Notes: generated by a model from the sequence alone, not told the origin. A DNA stretch of 64,000 bases from an uncultured delta proteobacterium (GCA_963778115.1 CAVZSV010000004.1:32001-96000), one strand, 5' to 3'. Numbered from the stretch's first letter, positions 45,836 through 56,285 are shown. A program made the numbers and translations.

Positions 45836-47079
45836 AGGCCTTCATAGATAGGGAATCGAAAAGCCGTGGTACCGACTTCCTTTCGAATTCTCGCTAACTC
45901 CTGTTCGTCGGTGGTCTTTAGGGTTCTGGCAATAAGGTGTCCCAGCCACCGCATTTCGGCCTCTTCCATTCCTCGAGACGTAATCGCCGGTGTTCCCAAG
46001 CGAATACCACTGGTGACGAAGGCACTTTGCGTCTCGAAAGGAACGGTATTCTTATTTACCGTTAGTCCCACTTTATCCAAACGCTCTTCGGCCTCTTTTC
46101 CAGTCAAATTCTGTTTACGTAAGTCTATTAACATCAGGTGCGTATCGGTTCCGCCACTGACTAAATCGTACCCATCTTCCATTAACGTCTGTGCCAATAC
46201 CTTGGCATTCATGACGACACTTCGTTGGTATTTCTTAAACTCATCGGTCTGAGCTTCTTTAAATGCCACCGCCTTTGCGGCGATGACGTGCATCAAAGGA
46301 CCCCCTTGAATGCCCGGGAAGATACGGCTATTCACTTTAGTGCGATGCGCTTCTTTACATAGAATCAAGCCACCACGAGGACCTCGCAGCGTTTTGTGTG
46401 TGGTCGCCGTGACCGCATCGGCGTAGGGAACGGGCGAGGGATGGACTCCAGCAGCCACAAGGCCCGCGATATGAGCCATATCCACGAACAAAAGAGCATT
46501 TACCTCTTTGGCGATACTTCCAAACGCTTCAAAATCCAAGGTACGAGGGTAAGCGCTGGCTCCGGCGACAATCATCTTAGGTCGATTCTTCTTTGCTAAG
46601 TCTCTCACCTGATCGTAATCGATGCGCTGATCGCTCTCTCTGACACCGTAGGAAATCACTTTGAAGAGCATTCCCGAAAAGTTGACCGGAGATCCATGAG
46701 TCAGGTGCCCCCCATGAGAAAGGTTCATCCCCAAAATAGTATCTCCAGGGGTGAGACAGGCCAAATAGACCGCCATATTGGCTTGAGACCCTGAGTGAGG
46801 TTGAACGTTGGCATGGTCGGCCTTAAAGATCTCTTTCGCACGCTGAATAGCGAGGTCCTCTACTTTATCGACGAATTCACAGCCACCGTAATAGCGCTTA
46901 CCGGGATAGCCTTCGGCATATTTATTGGTCAAAACACTCCCCTGAGCTTCCAATACCGCTCTAGAGACGGTGTTCTCGCTAGGAATAAGTTCCAAGGTAT
47001 TTTGTTGTCGCGCTAACTCTTCTCGGATGGCCTGATAGATCAAAGGATCCGTTTCTTGAATTCGAGTCATGATGCTCAC
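45832..47079 (-). CDS. glyA: Serine hydroxymethyltransferase
   Basis: [40 protein letters not shown] start with AAGGAG RBS overlapping the rpiB stop. Confidence 0.98.
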   Translation of the reverse strand: MSIMTRIQETDPLIYQAIREELARQQNTLELIPSENTVSRAVLEAQGSVLTNKYAEGYPGKRYYGGCEFVDKVEDLAIQRAKEIFKADHANVQPHSGSQANMAVYLACLTPGDTILGMNLSHGGHLTHGSPVNFSGMLFKVISYGVRESDQRIDYDQVRDLAKKNRPKMIVAGASAYPRTLDFEAFGSIAKEVNALLFVDMAHIAGLVAAGVHPSPVPYADAVTATTHKTLRGPRGGLILCKEAHRTKVNSRIFPGIQGGPLMHVIAAKAVAFKEAQTDEFKKYQRSVVMNAKVLAQTLMEDGYDLVSGGTDTHLMLIDLRKQNLTGKEAEERLDKVGLTVNKNTVPFETQSAFVTSGIRLGTPAITSRGMEEAEMRWLGHLIARTLKTTDEQELARIRKEVGTTAFRFPIYEGL

Positions 47080-47537
47080 TTGCAACTCCTTTCAAGGGCT
47101 GTGATCTTATCGATTCGGCCCTGATGCCGCCCTCCCAAGAATTCTGTCTTGAGCCAAGTCCGACATGTCTCCAACGCGGTTTCGGGTCCTACAAGTCTGG
47201 AGCCCAGACAAGCGATATTGGCGTTATTATGTTCTCGAGACAAACGCGCCGAGGTCACATCCCACACTTCAGCGGCCCTAATTCCAAAAACCTTATTGGC
47301 GGCAATGGACATTCCCAGTCCGCTCCCACAGATTAAAATTCCGCGAGTGGAATGCTCGACCACTTTGTGCGCCACTTTAGCGGCAAAATCGGGATAATCG
47401 CAGGAGCTTTCGGAATGAGTCCCACAGTCCTCAAAGGTAAATTGAGGGAACTCTTTCTTGAGCGTTTCGATTAGGGTCTTCTTAAGAGAATAGCCCGCGT
47501 GGTCGGAACCAAAGTAAAATGTTGTCGTCTCGGCCAT
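47076..47537 (-). CDS. rpiB: Ribose-5-phosphate isomerase B
   Basis: [38 protein letters not shown]. Confidence 0.97.
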   Translation of the reverse strand: MAETTTFYFGSDHAGYSLKKTLIETLKKEFPQFTFEDCGTHSESSCDYPDFAAKVAHKVVEHSTRGILICGSGLGMSIAANKVFGIRAAEVWDVTSARLSREHNNANIACLGSRLVGPETALETCRTWLKTEFLGGRHQGRIDKITALERSCK

Positions 47538-47546
47538 AACAAATTT

Positions 47547-48782
47547 TCAATCAACGCGACTGAAAATGAGACTTGCGTTAGTTCCCCCGAAGCCGAAGGA
47601 ATTGGTGAGTGCATGCTTCACTTTGCACTCTTCGGGCTCGTTGGGAACGTAATTCAAATCACATTCAGGGTCGGGCGTATGCAAATTGATCGTCGGAGGA
47701 ATCGTCTGATTCAAAAGCGTTTGGACGCAGTACATGGCTTCCACGGCCCCGGCGGCTCCCAGCAAATGTCCCGTCATCGACTTCGTCGAACTGATGGGGA
47801 CACTCTTGGCATGGGTTGCGAATACGGTTTTGAGTGCCACGGTCTCCATCGTATCTCCGATAGGAGTCGAAGTGCCGTGAGCGTTGACGTAGTGAATGTC
47901 TTCAGGATTAAGTTTGGCGTCTTTAAGTGCTAACTTCATGCAGCGTGCCGCCCCTTCGCCGTTAGGGCTTGGTTGAGTGATGTGATAGGCATCCGCATTC
48001 AACGCATAGCCTACGACTTCGGCCAATATCTTGGCTCCTCGTTTCTTGGCGTGCTCGTATTCTTCAAGGACTAAAGTGGCAGCACCTTCTCCTACCACAA
48101 ACCCGTCTCTTTCTTTGTCAAAGGGACGAGAGGCTTTGGTGGGATCGTCGTTTCTTTGTGAAAGCGCTCTTAACGCACAAAAACCGGCAACTCCCGCTTC
48201 GCAAATGGCAGCTTCGGCACCTCCGGCAAACATAATATCCACATCGCCGCGTTGAATGAGTCGGAAAGATTCTCCGATAGCATGAGCGCTTGAGGAGCAG
48301 GCCGTCGTGATACAGGTGTTTGGCCCTTTTAGTCCATACTTAATCGAAATCTGTCCCGCTGCCAGATTACTAATCACCATAGGGATGAAAAAGGGACTCA
48401 CCCTGCGCGGACCTCGTTCGAAAATCTCTTTATAGACGGCTTGGATTTCGCCCATGCCGCCGATGCCGACTCCGACACAACTTCCGGCTCTTTCGGCGTC
48501 ATACTTATCCACGGACAGACCCGCGGACTGGAAAGCCTCTTCCGCCGAGATGAGGCTGAACTGAATGAATCTGTCGATTTTCTTGAGATCTTTTACCGAA
48601 AAGTATTTTTGAGGTTCGTAATCGGAAATTTCCCCCGCAATCCGGGAAGTATATGTGGATGCGTCAAAGAGTGTGATCGGACGAATGCCCGATTTTCCCG
48701 CCATCAACGCGTCCCAATTTTGCGAAGCCGTGAATCCGATGGGAGTGATGGCGCCAATGCCTGTAACAACAACTCGATGCAT
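47547..48782 (-). CDS. fabF: Beta-ketoacyl-ACP synthase II
   Basis: TACSSS, NAHGTST, KSMTGHLLGAAG, NSFGFGGTN. Confidence 0.97.
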   Translation of the reverse strand: MHRVVVTGIGAITPIGFTASQNWDALMAGKSGIRPITLFDASTYTSRIAGEISDYEPQKYFSVKDLKKIDRFIQFSLISAEEAFQSAGLSVDKYDAERAGSCVGVGIGGMGEIQAVYKEIFERGPRRVSPFFIPMVISNLAAGQISIKYGLKGPNTCITTACSSSAHAIGESFRLIQRGDVDIMFAGGAEAAICEAGVAGFCALRALSQRNDDPTKASRPFDKERDGFVVGEGAATLVLEEYEHAKKRGAKILAEVVGYALNADAYHITQPSPNGEGAARCMKLALKDAKLNPEDIHYVNAHGTSTPIGDTMETVALKTVFATHAKSVPISSTKSMTGHLLGAAGAVEAMYCVQTLLNQTIPPTINLHTPDPECDLNYVPNEPEECKVKHALTNSFGFGGTNASLIFSRVD

Positions 48783-48799
48783 GGGCCCCCTATCTCTCC

Positions 48800-49033
48800 T
48801 TAGTTCACTTTCGCTTTAATGTAATTGATGACGTCATTTACGGTTTTGATCTTTTCCGCGTCCTCATCAGGAATTTCAAGGTCAAACTCTTCTTCCATGG
48901 TCATGACCAATTCGACGATGTCCAAGGAGTCGGCCCCCAGATCGTCAATAAAGGAAGCTTCTGGAGTTACGCTCTCCATATCTACGCCAAGCTGCTCCAC
49001 GATGATATTCTTTACTTTTTCTTCTACGGACAT
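48800..49033 (-). CDS. acpP: Acyl carrier protein
   Basis: [14 protein letters not shown] phosphopantetheine site. Confidence 0.98.
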   Translation of the reverse strand: MSVEEKVKNIIVEQLGVDMESVTPEASFIDDLGADSLDIVELVMTMEEEFDLEIPDEDAEKIKTVNDVINYIKAKVN

Positions 49034-49067
49034 AAGCTCCTCTCCTGCGCTTAAAAATTATCGGACG

Positions 49068-49096
49068 AATCTAGCAGGACTACTTCTGAACCGCAA
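49068..49096 (-). promoter_or_regulatory. Sigma-70 promoter for acpP-fabF
   Basis: Minus strand TTGCGG-N17-TAGATT with an extended TG. Confidence 0.55.
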
Positions 49097-49162
49097 GGCA
49101 TGTATTTTCTTATCAAAACAGGCGGGTATGGCCGTGTCCCCCGCTCGGGTCGCAGCCTGCTT

Positions 49163-50908
49163 TTATCTCAAGGCCGGCGGAACCTGGGTGCCAGCTCGGC
49201 CAAAGAGCAAGTCTCCCCATTTAAAGCTTTCGCAAAACCCAATGGTCCGGTAGTAGGCTTCCCCGCTTATCCATTCGGTTCCCGTCCAGTGGATATTTTC
49301 TGGGTAGGTGGGGTCCAGTGTCGAATCGACAAAAAGGCTAAGGCCGTTGTAACGACCGGCTCCAAAAGTATGGCCCGTGATCAAATACGGAGAGGTGGAA
49401 GGAAACTCGGTACGCACGGCATAGGTGACGGGGCTTTTCCACTCATGGGACTGTACGACTTTTGCTTTCTGATCCAAAAGTTCGAGCTTCGCCCAAGTGG
49501 CCCCCGGAAGAAATGGGCGAATTTTAAGCGTCTTGGTCTTATCCGGCCAATCCCATTGCAGAGAGACGACCCTTCCCGTCGAACGATCGTCTATTTTTAG
49601 TTTCAGTTTTAAACCCGCGAACGCCGGATTCAAATAATTAAACGACCCTTCGAAATAGTCCTTAACATCGCTTTTGGATAAGTATTCGTCGCCCTGAACC
49701 ACCAGTCGAACGGCACTTACCCCGCTTCCCGGAATCATTTGGAAGAATTCACTATCGATGGCCGGATTGGGATTGGGCTCCCCCAAAAGTTTTAGAATTT
49801 GAGCCGCTCTGTTTTTTACTTCCGAGGAGTCGCTTCTGGATTTGAGTTCGGAAAGAAGATCCACCCAGTCCACGTGGCTGTCTTCATCGCCCCAGCGATC
49901 CTCACGAGAACCTAAGAATAACGTCGCGAAGTTGGTTCCTTCAAGCGAGCGCGCGAGTGAACGCCAGGGAGACCACAACTTCTCTAATTTCTGCATGTCT
50001 AAAGCGAATAGTGAAAGAGGGGGATAGCCGGACTCCATCGGAGCTTGTGAACCCCCCCGGGAAAACGAGACAAGACTCTGTGAAACTAGATTGCGGGCTA
50101 GTACCTCCACGGAAGGTTGCCCCGCGTCGGAAAAATCTTGGAACGACCGGGTGTAATCAAAGGAAAGCCATGGCATCTCGCCAGGAGTCGCGATGTAGTA
50201 TTTGGTCAGTCCGCGCATGGCATAGGCCGATTCAAGGACTCCCATATCGCAAAGATCCATGACCAAAAGATCCAATCGATTTCTCGGTCCGAAAGCGGTG
50301 GAGATGGCGTTTCGCACTTCGCCCAGGGAAGCCAAGACGTAAGCCGGAGGAGTTCCCCCCGGAAAGGGTGGGAGAACTCCGGGATCGTCGTCTTCGAGAA
50401 GCCCCTTCCATCCCCAGCCATGCCCCAATAGAAACAAGGCATAGTGTTCGGCAGGATAATTCGTTTTTGCCCAGCTCAAAAAATCGGCGATATTAGGAGC
50501 ATAAGCCGAATTAAGTTTGACAGCCGATTCCCAAACGATGGGCGATTGGATTTGCAGAGTATCAAAATTCTTACCGTCGATGGGACCAGGATTCGGAGTA
50601 ATAAAATAGCGACGGGCAGGAGCTTCGACGTGGTTAGTTCCCGAGTCATCCCACCAAAGCTCCGTTTGGGCTACGATATTGCGATCGTTGTCGGCAGTGA
50701 GCTGCTCTAACTTTCTAATGGGGACTCTGGAGTAAGGATCGATCTCAGGCTCATCGCCCGCGATGTAGAAAAGTACCGTCCATTTCTTTTGTACCGCCTT
50801 TGCTTGAACCGAATAGCTTAGACAAATGACGGCCAGGATTAAGACGACAAAACCGCGATTCAGACAAGACACGACCCTTGTCCATAAAGATGGCTCGATT
50901 GATGGCAC
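49163..50908 (-). CDS. Secreted clostripain-family (C11) cysteine peptidase
   Basis: KWTVLFYIAGD, FLSWAKTNYPAEHYALFLLGHG.GW (catalytic His), MDLCDMG (catalytic Cys), GLSLF. Confidence 0.85.
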   Translation of the reverse strand: MPSIEPSLWTRVVSCLNRGFVVLILAVICLSYSVQAKAVQKKWTVLFYIAGDEPEIDPYSRVPIRKLEQLTADNDRNIVAQTELWWDDSGTNHVEAPARRYFITPNPGPIDGKNFDTLQIQSPIVWESAVKLNSAYAPNIADFLSWAKTNYPAEHYALFLLGHGWGWKGLLEDDDPGVLPPFPGGTPPAYVLASLGEVRNAISTAFGPRNRLDLLVMDLCDMGVLESAYAMRGLTKYYIATPGEMPWLSFDYTRSFQDFSDAGQPSVEVLARNLVSQSLVSFSRGGSQAPMESGYPPLSLFALDMQKLEKLWSPWRSLARSLEGTNFATLFLGSREDRWGDEDSHVDWVDLLSELKSRSDSSEVKNRAAQILKLLGEPNPNPAIDSEFFQMIPGSGVSAVRLVVQGDEYLSKSDVKDYFEGSFNYLNPAFAGLKLKLKIDDRSTGRVVSLQWDWPDKTKTLKIRPFLPGATWAKLELLDQKAKVVQSHEWKSPVTYAVRTEFPSTSPYLITGHTFGAGRYNGLSLFVDSTLDPTYPENIHWTGTEWISGEAYYRTIGFCESFKWGDLLFGRAGTQVPPALR

Positions 50909-50994
50909 GGCTCCCCCAAATTTTTGGTCTTAAAACGTAAAGCTTATGACACCCGAATTCTCGTATTGACGAAATCTTTCGGCAAGCGAATGTT

Positions 50995-51681
50995 TTGTTG
51001 GTGAATGACCTTTTGCGTCTTGAAAAAGAGATTATTAACTGCAGCCGTTGCTCTCGTTTGAGGAGTTACTGCAAAACCATCGCCGTAACTAAGAAGCGGG
51101 AATTTCGAAACGAAACCTATTGGGGACTTCCGGTTCCAGGATTTGGCGATGTAAGCGCCACGATTTGGATCATGGGGCTAGCACCAGCGGCACACGGAGC
51201 GAATAGGACGGGGAGGATGTTTACCGGAGATTCCAGTGGCCGCTGGTTGTACCGCGCTCTATATCGAGTGGGATGGGCGAGCAAAGAAGAATCGCTGCAT
51301 CGAGACGACGGACTCGTGTTAAAAGACATCTATATTTCGGCGGCGGCCAGGTGTGCTCCTCCCGATAACAAGCCGTTGCCGAGTGAAATTGCAAATTGCT
51401 CTGATTATTTGGATAGAGAATTTCGAGCGCTAAAAAATTTAAAACTTTTTCTGGCCTTGGGAAATATCGGCTATCACGCCATTTTGGGTCTTTTGCAGAG
51501 CAATAAGATTGAAGTGCCCAAACCTAGACCCAAGTTTCAGCATGGAGGATTCTTTAAGGCGGGAAGTTTTGGGATCTTAATGTCGTACCACCCCAGTCGG
51601 CAGAATACTCAGACGGGGAGGCTTACCGAGGAAATGTGGAATGGGATTTTTGATCGGGCGAGGGAGATTACGACTCCCTAG
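50995..51681 (+). CDS. Uracil-DNA glycosylase family 5 (UdgB-type, Fe-S cluster)
   Basis: CSRC..L, GLAPAAHGANRTGRMFTGD, RCAPPDNKP...C, YHPSRQNT.TG. Confidence 0.92.
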   Translation: MLVNDLLRLEKEIINCSRCSRLRSYCKTIAVTKKREFRNETYWGLPVPGFGDVSATIWIMGLAPAAHGANRTGRMFTGDSSGRWLYRALYRVGWASKEESLHRDDGLVLKDIYISAAARCAPPDNKPLPSEIANCSDYLDREFRALKNLKLFLALGNIGYHAILGLLQSNKIEVPKPRPKFQHGGFFKAGSFGILMSYHPSRQNTQTGRLTEEMWNGIFDRAREITTP

Positions 51682-51825
51682 CCCTAGGGACCGAACCCGG
51701 GGAACGGGAAAGGCGGGCCGGGACGTCAAGTTAGTTTTGATGGGGGGTTCTTTTTTTGAGGAGTAAAAGGGAATTACTAAGGAGCGATCCTTATTTGTTT
51801 TGGAGAGTAAGGCCGATTCGGCCGA

Positions 51826-52338
51826 CTAAAAAATCATCCCGCGAGTAAAAGCGATCTTGTCGCTACCCTTGGGACGGATGGTATCGATATACCAGTTACC
51901 GCCGGTATGAGAGAGTTCGACTTCGCGCTCGTTGGCTTCTTGGGTAACGTCGGTTCCTTGAGCGTTATCAATAGAGACTTGGTAACGAATCGTTGCGGTA
52001 TCGTTTTGAACTTTATTCGCGATAACTTTAATGTCCTTTACCTTAACATTGTTGTTTAGGTAAGAGATGCGAAAAGCGTCGGGAGTCATTTGGTCGAAAG
52101 CTCTTCTCATCTCTCCGGAACAGAGATCGCGAAGTTTCGCCCTGTCCTGGTCGTTCTTAGCGGTCGCACTTACCTGGATGAAATATTTTACAACATCCTC
52201 CGGCGTTTTTAATTCGGGTGCGGGGGCGGTAGCCACCGAAGCCGCGGGCGCCGCCGACTTCTTCACACACGCCGCGAAAGAAAGAGTTAGACCAATGGCC
52301 ATTACGACTAGCAAAGAAGAGAAAGGTTTCATAAGCAT
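51826..52338 (-). CDS. Lipoprotein, NTF2-like fold probable
   Basis: Lipobox FAAC; TPEDVVKYFI ... ATIRY ... VEL....GNWYI pattern. Confidence 0.65.
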   Translation of the reverse strand: MLMKPFSSLLVVMAIGLTLSFAACVKKSAAPAASVATAPAPELKTPEDVVKYFIQVSATAKNDQDRAKLRDLCSGEMRRAFDQMTPDAFRISYLNNNVKVKDIKVIANKVQNDTATIRYQVSIDNAQGTDVTQEANEREVELSHTGGNWYIDTIRPKGSDKIAFTRGMIF

Positions 52339-52377
52339 CCATTTTACCGGCTAATCCAGTCTCTCGCCACTCGCTTT

Positions 52378-52404
52378 TCATCGGAGCCAACTTGAGTTAC
52401 TTTG
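52378..52404 (-). promoter_or_regulatory. Sigma-28-like promoter of the lipoprotein gene
   Basis: Minus strand CAAA-N15-TCCGATGA, ~40 nt upstream of the start. Confidence 0.4.
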
Positions 52405-52411
52405 ATGCGGC

Positions 52412-53629
52412 ATGCGGGCATCGGGAGTCATCATTGGAGCGGGGATCATTGGAAGCGCGATAGCTTACGAGCTGTCCCGGCGCGGAATCACCGACTTGCG
52501 TGTGCTCGATCCCGATCTTGAGGGGAGCCTTAGTAGTACAGAGAGAAACGCTGGCGGAGTGCGTCATCTGTGGCAGCAGCCTATCAACGTCGAACTTTCT
52601 AGAATCTCCATTCATCTCTTTGAAAGGCTGAAACAAGAGATTGGCTTCCAACAATCGGGCTATCTCTGGCTATTCTCGGAAGAGAAAAAAGCACACGCCG
52701 ATCGTATTTTCGCGCATACCAAAAAGATGAATCTGCAATACGACCAGTGGTCTAAGGAACAGATCCAACAAAAGTACCCTTTCTTGGACAAACTGGAGGG
52801 CGTCTCCTGCGGCCTGTTTGGAAATAAGGACGGGCTAATTAATTCCAATGCGCTCAAGACGTACTTTCGAGAAGAGGCCCGTAAAAAGGGAGTCGTTTTT
52901 GAAGATCGTTTGTGGGTGACGGACTGCCACCCCAAGGAGGGAAACCAAAAATCCAAAGTCGAAGCGTTTCGTGCCCAATCCCAAGAGCAGGCGGCCGAGT
53001 GGTTGATGAACCCTCCCCGAAAGGAAAGTTTCACGGCAAGTCCCGAAACGTGGGAAGCCGATTTTGTCGTCTTATGTGCCGGAGCTTGGACACGGCCCAT
53101 TTTGCAGCCTCTGCTGCCCGATCCTAAAGTCGAACCCTTTCGCCGTCAGATTTGCCTTTTTAAAGCGGAAGACTTTGATCCGAATTCCTTTGGCATGATC
53201 GTCGATACGAGCGGAGTTTACTTTCATCCCGAGGGCGGAAACATCTTGGCAGGCTTAGTTCTTAAGGAAGAATCTTCTGGTTTTCGGTTCGACTACGATC
53301 CCAAATTTTTCGAGGAGCATGTTTGGCCGGCATTGTACGAAAGGTCTTCTAAACTCGAACGGCTTAAAGAGATCACAGGCTGGGGTGGTCTTTATAGTTA
53401 TTCCCCGGACATCACCGGGATCTTGGGGGCAATCCCAGGACAAAAAGAGATTTATGAAGCGCACGGCTTTACCGGACATGGTGTCATGCACAGTTATGGA
53501 GCGGCAGTACTACTCTGCGAACTCATCTTAGATGGCCGCTACCAAACCGTTGACGCATCATGCCTATCGAGAGAAAGATTCGCGCCTGGCAACGAAAACA
53601 GGCTTCTTCCCGAAACCCTTCACATCTAA
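52412..53629 (+). CDS. FAD-dependent oxidoreductase, DAO/sarcosine oxidase beta family
   Basis: IIGAGIIG Rossmann motif, STERNAGGVR, VLCAGAW, WGGLY..SPD, GFTGHGVM. Confidence 0.88.
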   Translation: MRASGVIIGAGIIGSAIAYELSRRGITDLRVLDPDLEGSLSSTERNAGGVRHLWQQPINVELSRISIHLFERLKQEIGFQQSGYLWLFSEEKKAHADRIFAHTKKMNLQYDQWSKEQIQQKYPFLDKLEGVSCGLFGNKDGLINSNALKTYFREEARKKGVVFEDRLWVTDCHPKEGNQKSKVEAFRAQSQEQAAEWLMNPPRKESFTASPETWEADFVVLCAGAWTRPILQPLLPDPKVEPFRRQICLFKAEDFDPNSFGMIVDTSGVYFHPEGGNILAGLVLKEESSGFRFDYDPKFFEEHVWPALYERSSKLERLKEITGWGGLYSYSPDITGILGAIPGQKEIYEAHGFTGHGVMHSYGAAVLLCELILDGRYQTVDASCLSRERFAPGNENRLLPETLHI

Positions 53630-53650
53630 AGCAGCGACACCGCGCGTCCT

Positions 53651-53677
53651 TCACCTTCCTTAAAAAGCTGCCGATAG
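53651..53677 (+). promoter_or_regulatory. Sigma-28-like promoter of the VegA-like gene
   Basis: TCAC-N15-GCCGATAG, ~35 nt upstream of the ATG; GGAGGAG RBS follows. Confidence 0.4.
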
Positions 53678-53712
53678 CAAAGGGTACGGTCTAAAGACCC
53701 CCCGGAGGAGCC

Positions 53713-54180
53713 ATGGCAAAGACAACGTCCAAGAAATCCGAAGAAACCAAGAAACCGGCCGCCGCCAAAAAAGAGCCCCCTAAGAGCAAGGCCACTTCGG
53801 GACATTCGACAGCCAGTGCCGCCGCAAGACCAGCAAAGACAGCTGCCAAGCGAGAGGCTTCGGCACCCAAGGCCAAGAAAGAAAAAAAGAGCCGCTGCGG
53901 GGGCAAGACCTGTCGAGTAGCAGCATGCAAACGAGAATACCGCGCCAAAGGCTATTGCGGGGTTCATTACAAGAAATGGCGTCAGAACGAATTCGCAAAT
54001 GCTCGCTACAAATCCTGCAAAGACCACAGCTGCTTTAAAGCCATGGCAATGAACCGCCACGGTTATTGCGAAGAACACTTCCAGAACTACTACGTGAAGG
54101 GTGTTGAACAGGCCAAAGTGGCCGCTCCCGCAAAGCCCGAGAAAGCCGCAGAAAAAGCTCCGGCAGCTGCAGCCGGCTAG
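53713..54180 (+). CDS. Lys/Ala-rich histone-H1-like protein with a Cys/His zinc-binding module (myxobacterial vegetative protein VegA-like)
   Basis: K/A/P-rich termini flanking CRVAAC...AKGYCGVHYKKW and CKDHSC...HGYCEEH. Confidence 0.7.
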   Translation: MAKTTSKKSEETKKPAAAKKEPPKSKATSGHSTASAAARPAKTAAKREASAPKAKKEKKSRCGGKTCRVAACKREYRAKGYCGVHYKKWRQNEFANARYKSCKDHSCFKAMAMNRHGYCEEHFQNYYVKGVEQAKVAAPAKPEKAAEKAPAAAAG

Positions 54181-54223
54181 TTGCTTTCTTTTCGCGTTAG
54201 ACTGCGATAGCCTTTCGGAAATC

Positions 54224-55145
54224 ATGAGTCGACTTTCCGAAAGATTACTTTCCGGCCAAAAGGTGCTTACCGCCGAAATCACTCCTCCCAAAGGGGCGGG
54301 CGTGAAGAAGTTCTTGGCGCGTGCCGAAAGTCTCAAAGGTTTAGATGCTCTTAATGTCACCGATTGCCAGCGGGCACTCGTACGCATGTCGAGCCTTGCC
54401 GCTTCGCGGGTGCTGATGGACCACGGTTACGAACCCGTCTTTCAACTCACCTGCCGAGATCGCAACACCATCGCCCTGCAATCGGACCTCATGGGAGCTG
54501 GGGCGATGGGAATTTCGAACCTGCTTTGTCTAACAGGGAGATCCCGTCAAAGTTGGGGATAGTCCTCATAGCAAGTCGGTTTTCGAATTGGAAGCGGTAT
54601 CCCTTCTCAATCTCGTCAAAAAACTTCAAAACGGGCGGGACAACGAAGGGCATAAAATGAATGCCCCTACCAAATTTTTCGTGGGGGCCGTGGTCAACCC
54701 CAGTCTCGCGGCCGGACGCGGGCAGCTGGACCGAATGGTAAAGAAGATCGAGAACGGGGCTCGTTTTTTTCAAACCCAGGCCAATTATGATCTCGACGAC
54801 TTCCACGGGTTTTTAGGCGAAGCCAAAGGACTCAACACTAAAATTATCGCCGGTGTTTTGCTTTTGCATTCCTATGAAATGGCTAAGTACATTCACGAAA
54901 ACATTCCGGGCATTCGAATTCCCGAAGCTGTCTTGGAGAGATTTCGAAACTCGCCCCACCAAGAGCAAGAGGGAATCGATTTTGCGACTGAGACGATGCT
55001 GCGTTTAGAATCGGTCTGTGACGGATTTCATCTAATGTCTATCAGAGCGGAAGATCTTATTCCAAAAATCGTAGAGAGTTATCATGACAAACGCAATGCT
55101 ATCCAAAACCCCTCTTCATCACTGTCATCTCCAGCTCGGAGCTAG
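54224..55145 (+). pseudogene. metF: Methylenetetrahydrofolate reductase split by a single-base insertion (pseudogene or assembly error)
   Basis: Frame A: MSRLSE..AEITPPKG..NVTD..QLTCRDRN..LCLTG; frame B continues DPVKVGD..KKIENGARFFQTQ..GFHLM; extra G in ACAGGGAGAT at 54536-54538. Confidence 0.85.
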
Positions 55146-56193
55146 AATGGTTCCGTTCGCCGGCTACGAAATGCCGGTGCAATACACTAGTGTGTTAGAG
55201 GAGACAAAAGCGGTACGGCAACACGCCGGGCTGTTCGATGTGAGCCACATGGGACAGTTTTCAGTCCACGGAAAAAATGCACTGCAGGCCGTGATGGGTC
55301 TGGTGACCAACGATTTGAGCAAATTGGGATTGGGGCAAGCCCAATACAACATGCTGTGTAATGATAAAGGTGGTGTTATCGACGATTTAGTGGTCTACCG
55401 CCGCGCTGACGACTGGGCCTATCTTTGTGTAAATGCTTCAAACCGCGCTTTGGACTTCCAGTGGATAAGCTCCCGTCTGCCCGGCCTTAGCCTTGAAGAC
55501 GAAAGTGAACAGACCGGGCTATTGGCGCTTCAAGGGCCGAATGCGCAACAGATCCTCTCGCGCGCTGTCTCCACCGATGTAGTCTCGAACTTAAAATATT
55601 ATTGGGCGACAGAAACCAAGGTTTTTAGTTTCCCCTGTTACCTTTCTAGAACGGGATATACAGGAGAAGATGGATTTGAACTCTATGTCCCGGCACAGAA
55701 TGCCGCTGCTATTTGGGAACAGCTTCTCGAATTAGGACGAAAAGACGGCCTCGTCCCTTGCGGATTGGGAGCCCGAGATACGCTTCGCTTGGAGATGGGA
55801 TATCCTCTGCACGGCCATGAATTAGCTCCCGATATCTCCCCGCTTGAAGCGGGACTTCAGTGGGTGGTCAAACTCGATCGCGCATTACCCTTTGTCGGCC
55901 AAAAAGCATTGAAGAACGAAGCCGCTGCGGGCCCCTCGCGGCGGCTAAAAGGATTTGTAGTTCAAGATAGGCGAATCGCTCGCCAGGGATATCGCATCGT
56001 CACCAAAGAAAAAGAGCCCATTGGAATCATTACTTCGGGAACTCATAGCCCCCATCTTAATACTCCGATTGCGCTTGGCTTTGTTTCCAAAGAGCATGCC
56101 GCGGATGAGAAATATTATGTTGAGGTGAGAGAAGATTTAGTTTCCGCTAATGCACAAAAGCTTCCCTTTGTTCCTTCGCATGCGAAGAAGTAA
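55084..56193 (+). CDS. gcvT: Glycine cleavage system aminomethyltransferase T
   Basis: KTPLH, MVPFAGYEMPVQY, GLFDVSHMG, SRTGYTGEDGFE, GLGARDTLRLE. Confidence 0.95.
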   Translation: MTNAMLSKTPLHHCHLQLGARMVPFAGYEMPVQYTSVLEETKAVRQHAGLFDVSHMGQFSVHGKNALQAVMGLVTNDLSKLGLGQAQYNMLCNDKGGVIDDLVVYRRADDWAYLCVNASNRALDFQWISSRLPGLSLEDESEQTGLLALQGPNAQQILSRAVSTDVVSNLKYYWATETKVFSFPCYLSRTGYTGEDGFELYVPAQNAAAIWEQLLELGRKDGLVPCGLGARDTLRLEMGYPLHGHELAPDISPLEAGLQWVVKLDRALPFVGQKALKNEAAAGPSRRLKGFVVQDRRIARQGYRIVTKEKEPIGIITSGTHSPHLNTPIALGFVSKEHAADEKYYVEVREDLVSANAQKLPFVPSHAKK

Positions 56194-56285
56194 GAGGCTA
56201 GTCATGATGTAAACATATCCATCTTTTTCCATGAGCAGCGGTGTCCCGCTATTTGCCCACTCGCACGCTAAGGAAATCAAATTTT

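Noticed and set aside
53626..54387. 253-aa minus-strand ORF
   Set aside because: Antisense to the VegA-like gene and metF, both of which have recognisable motifs
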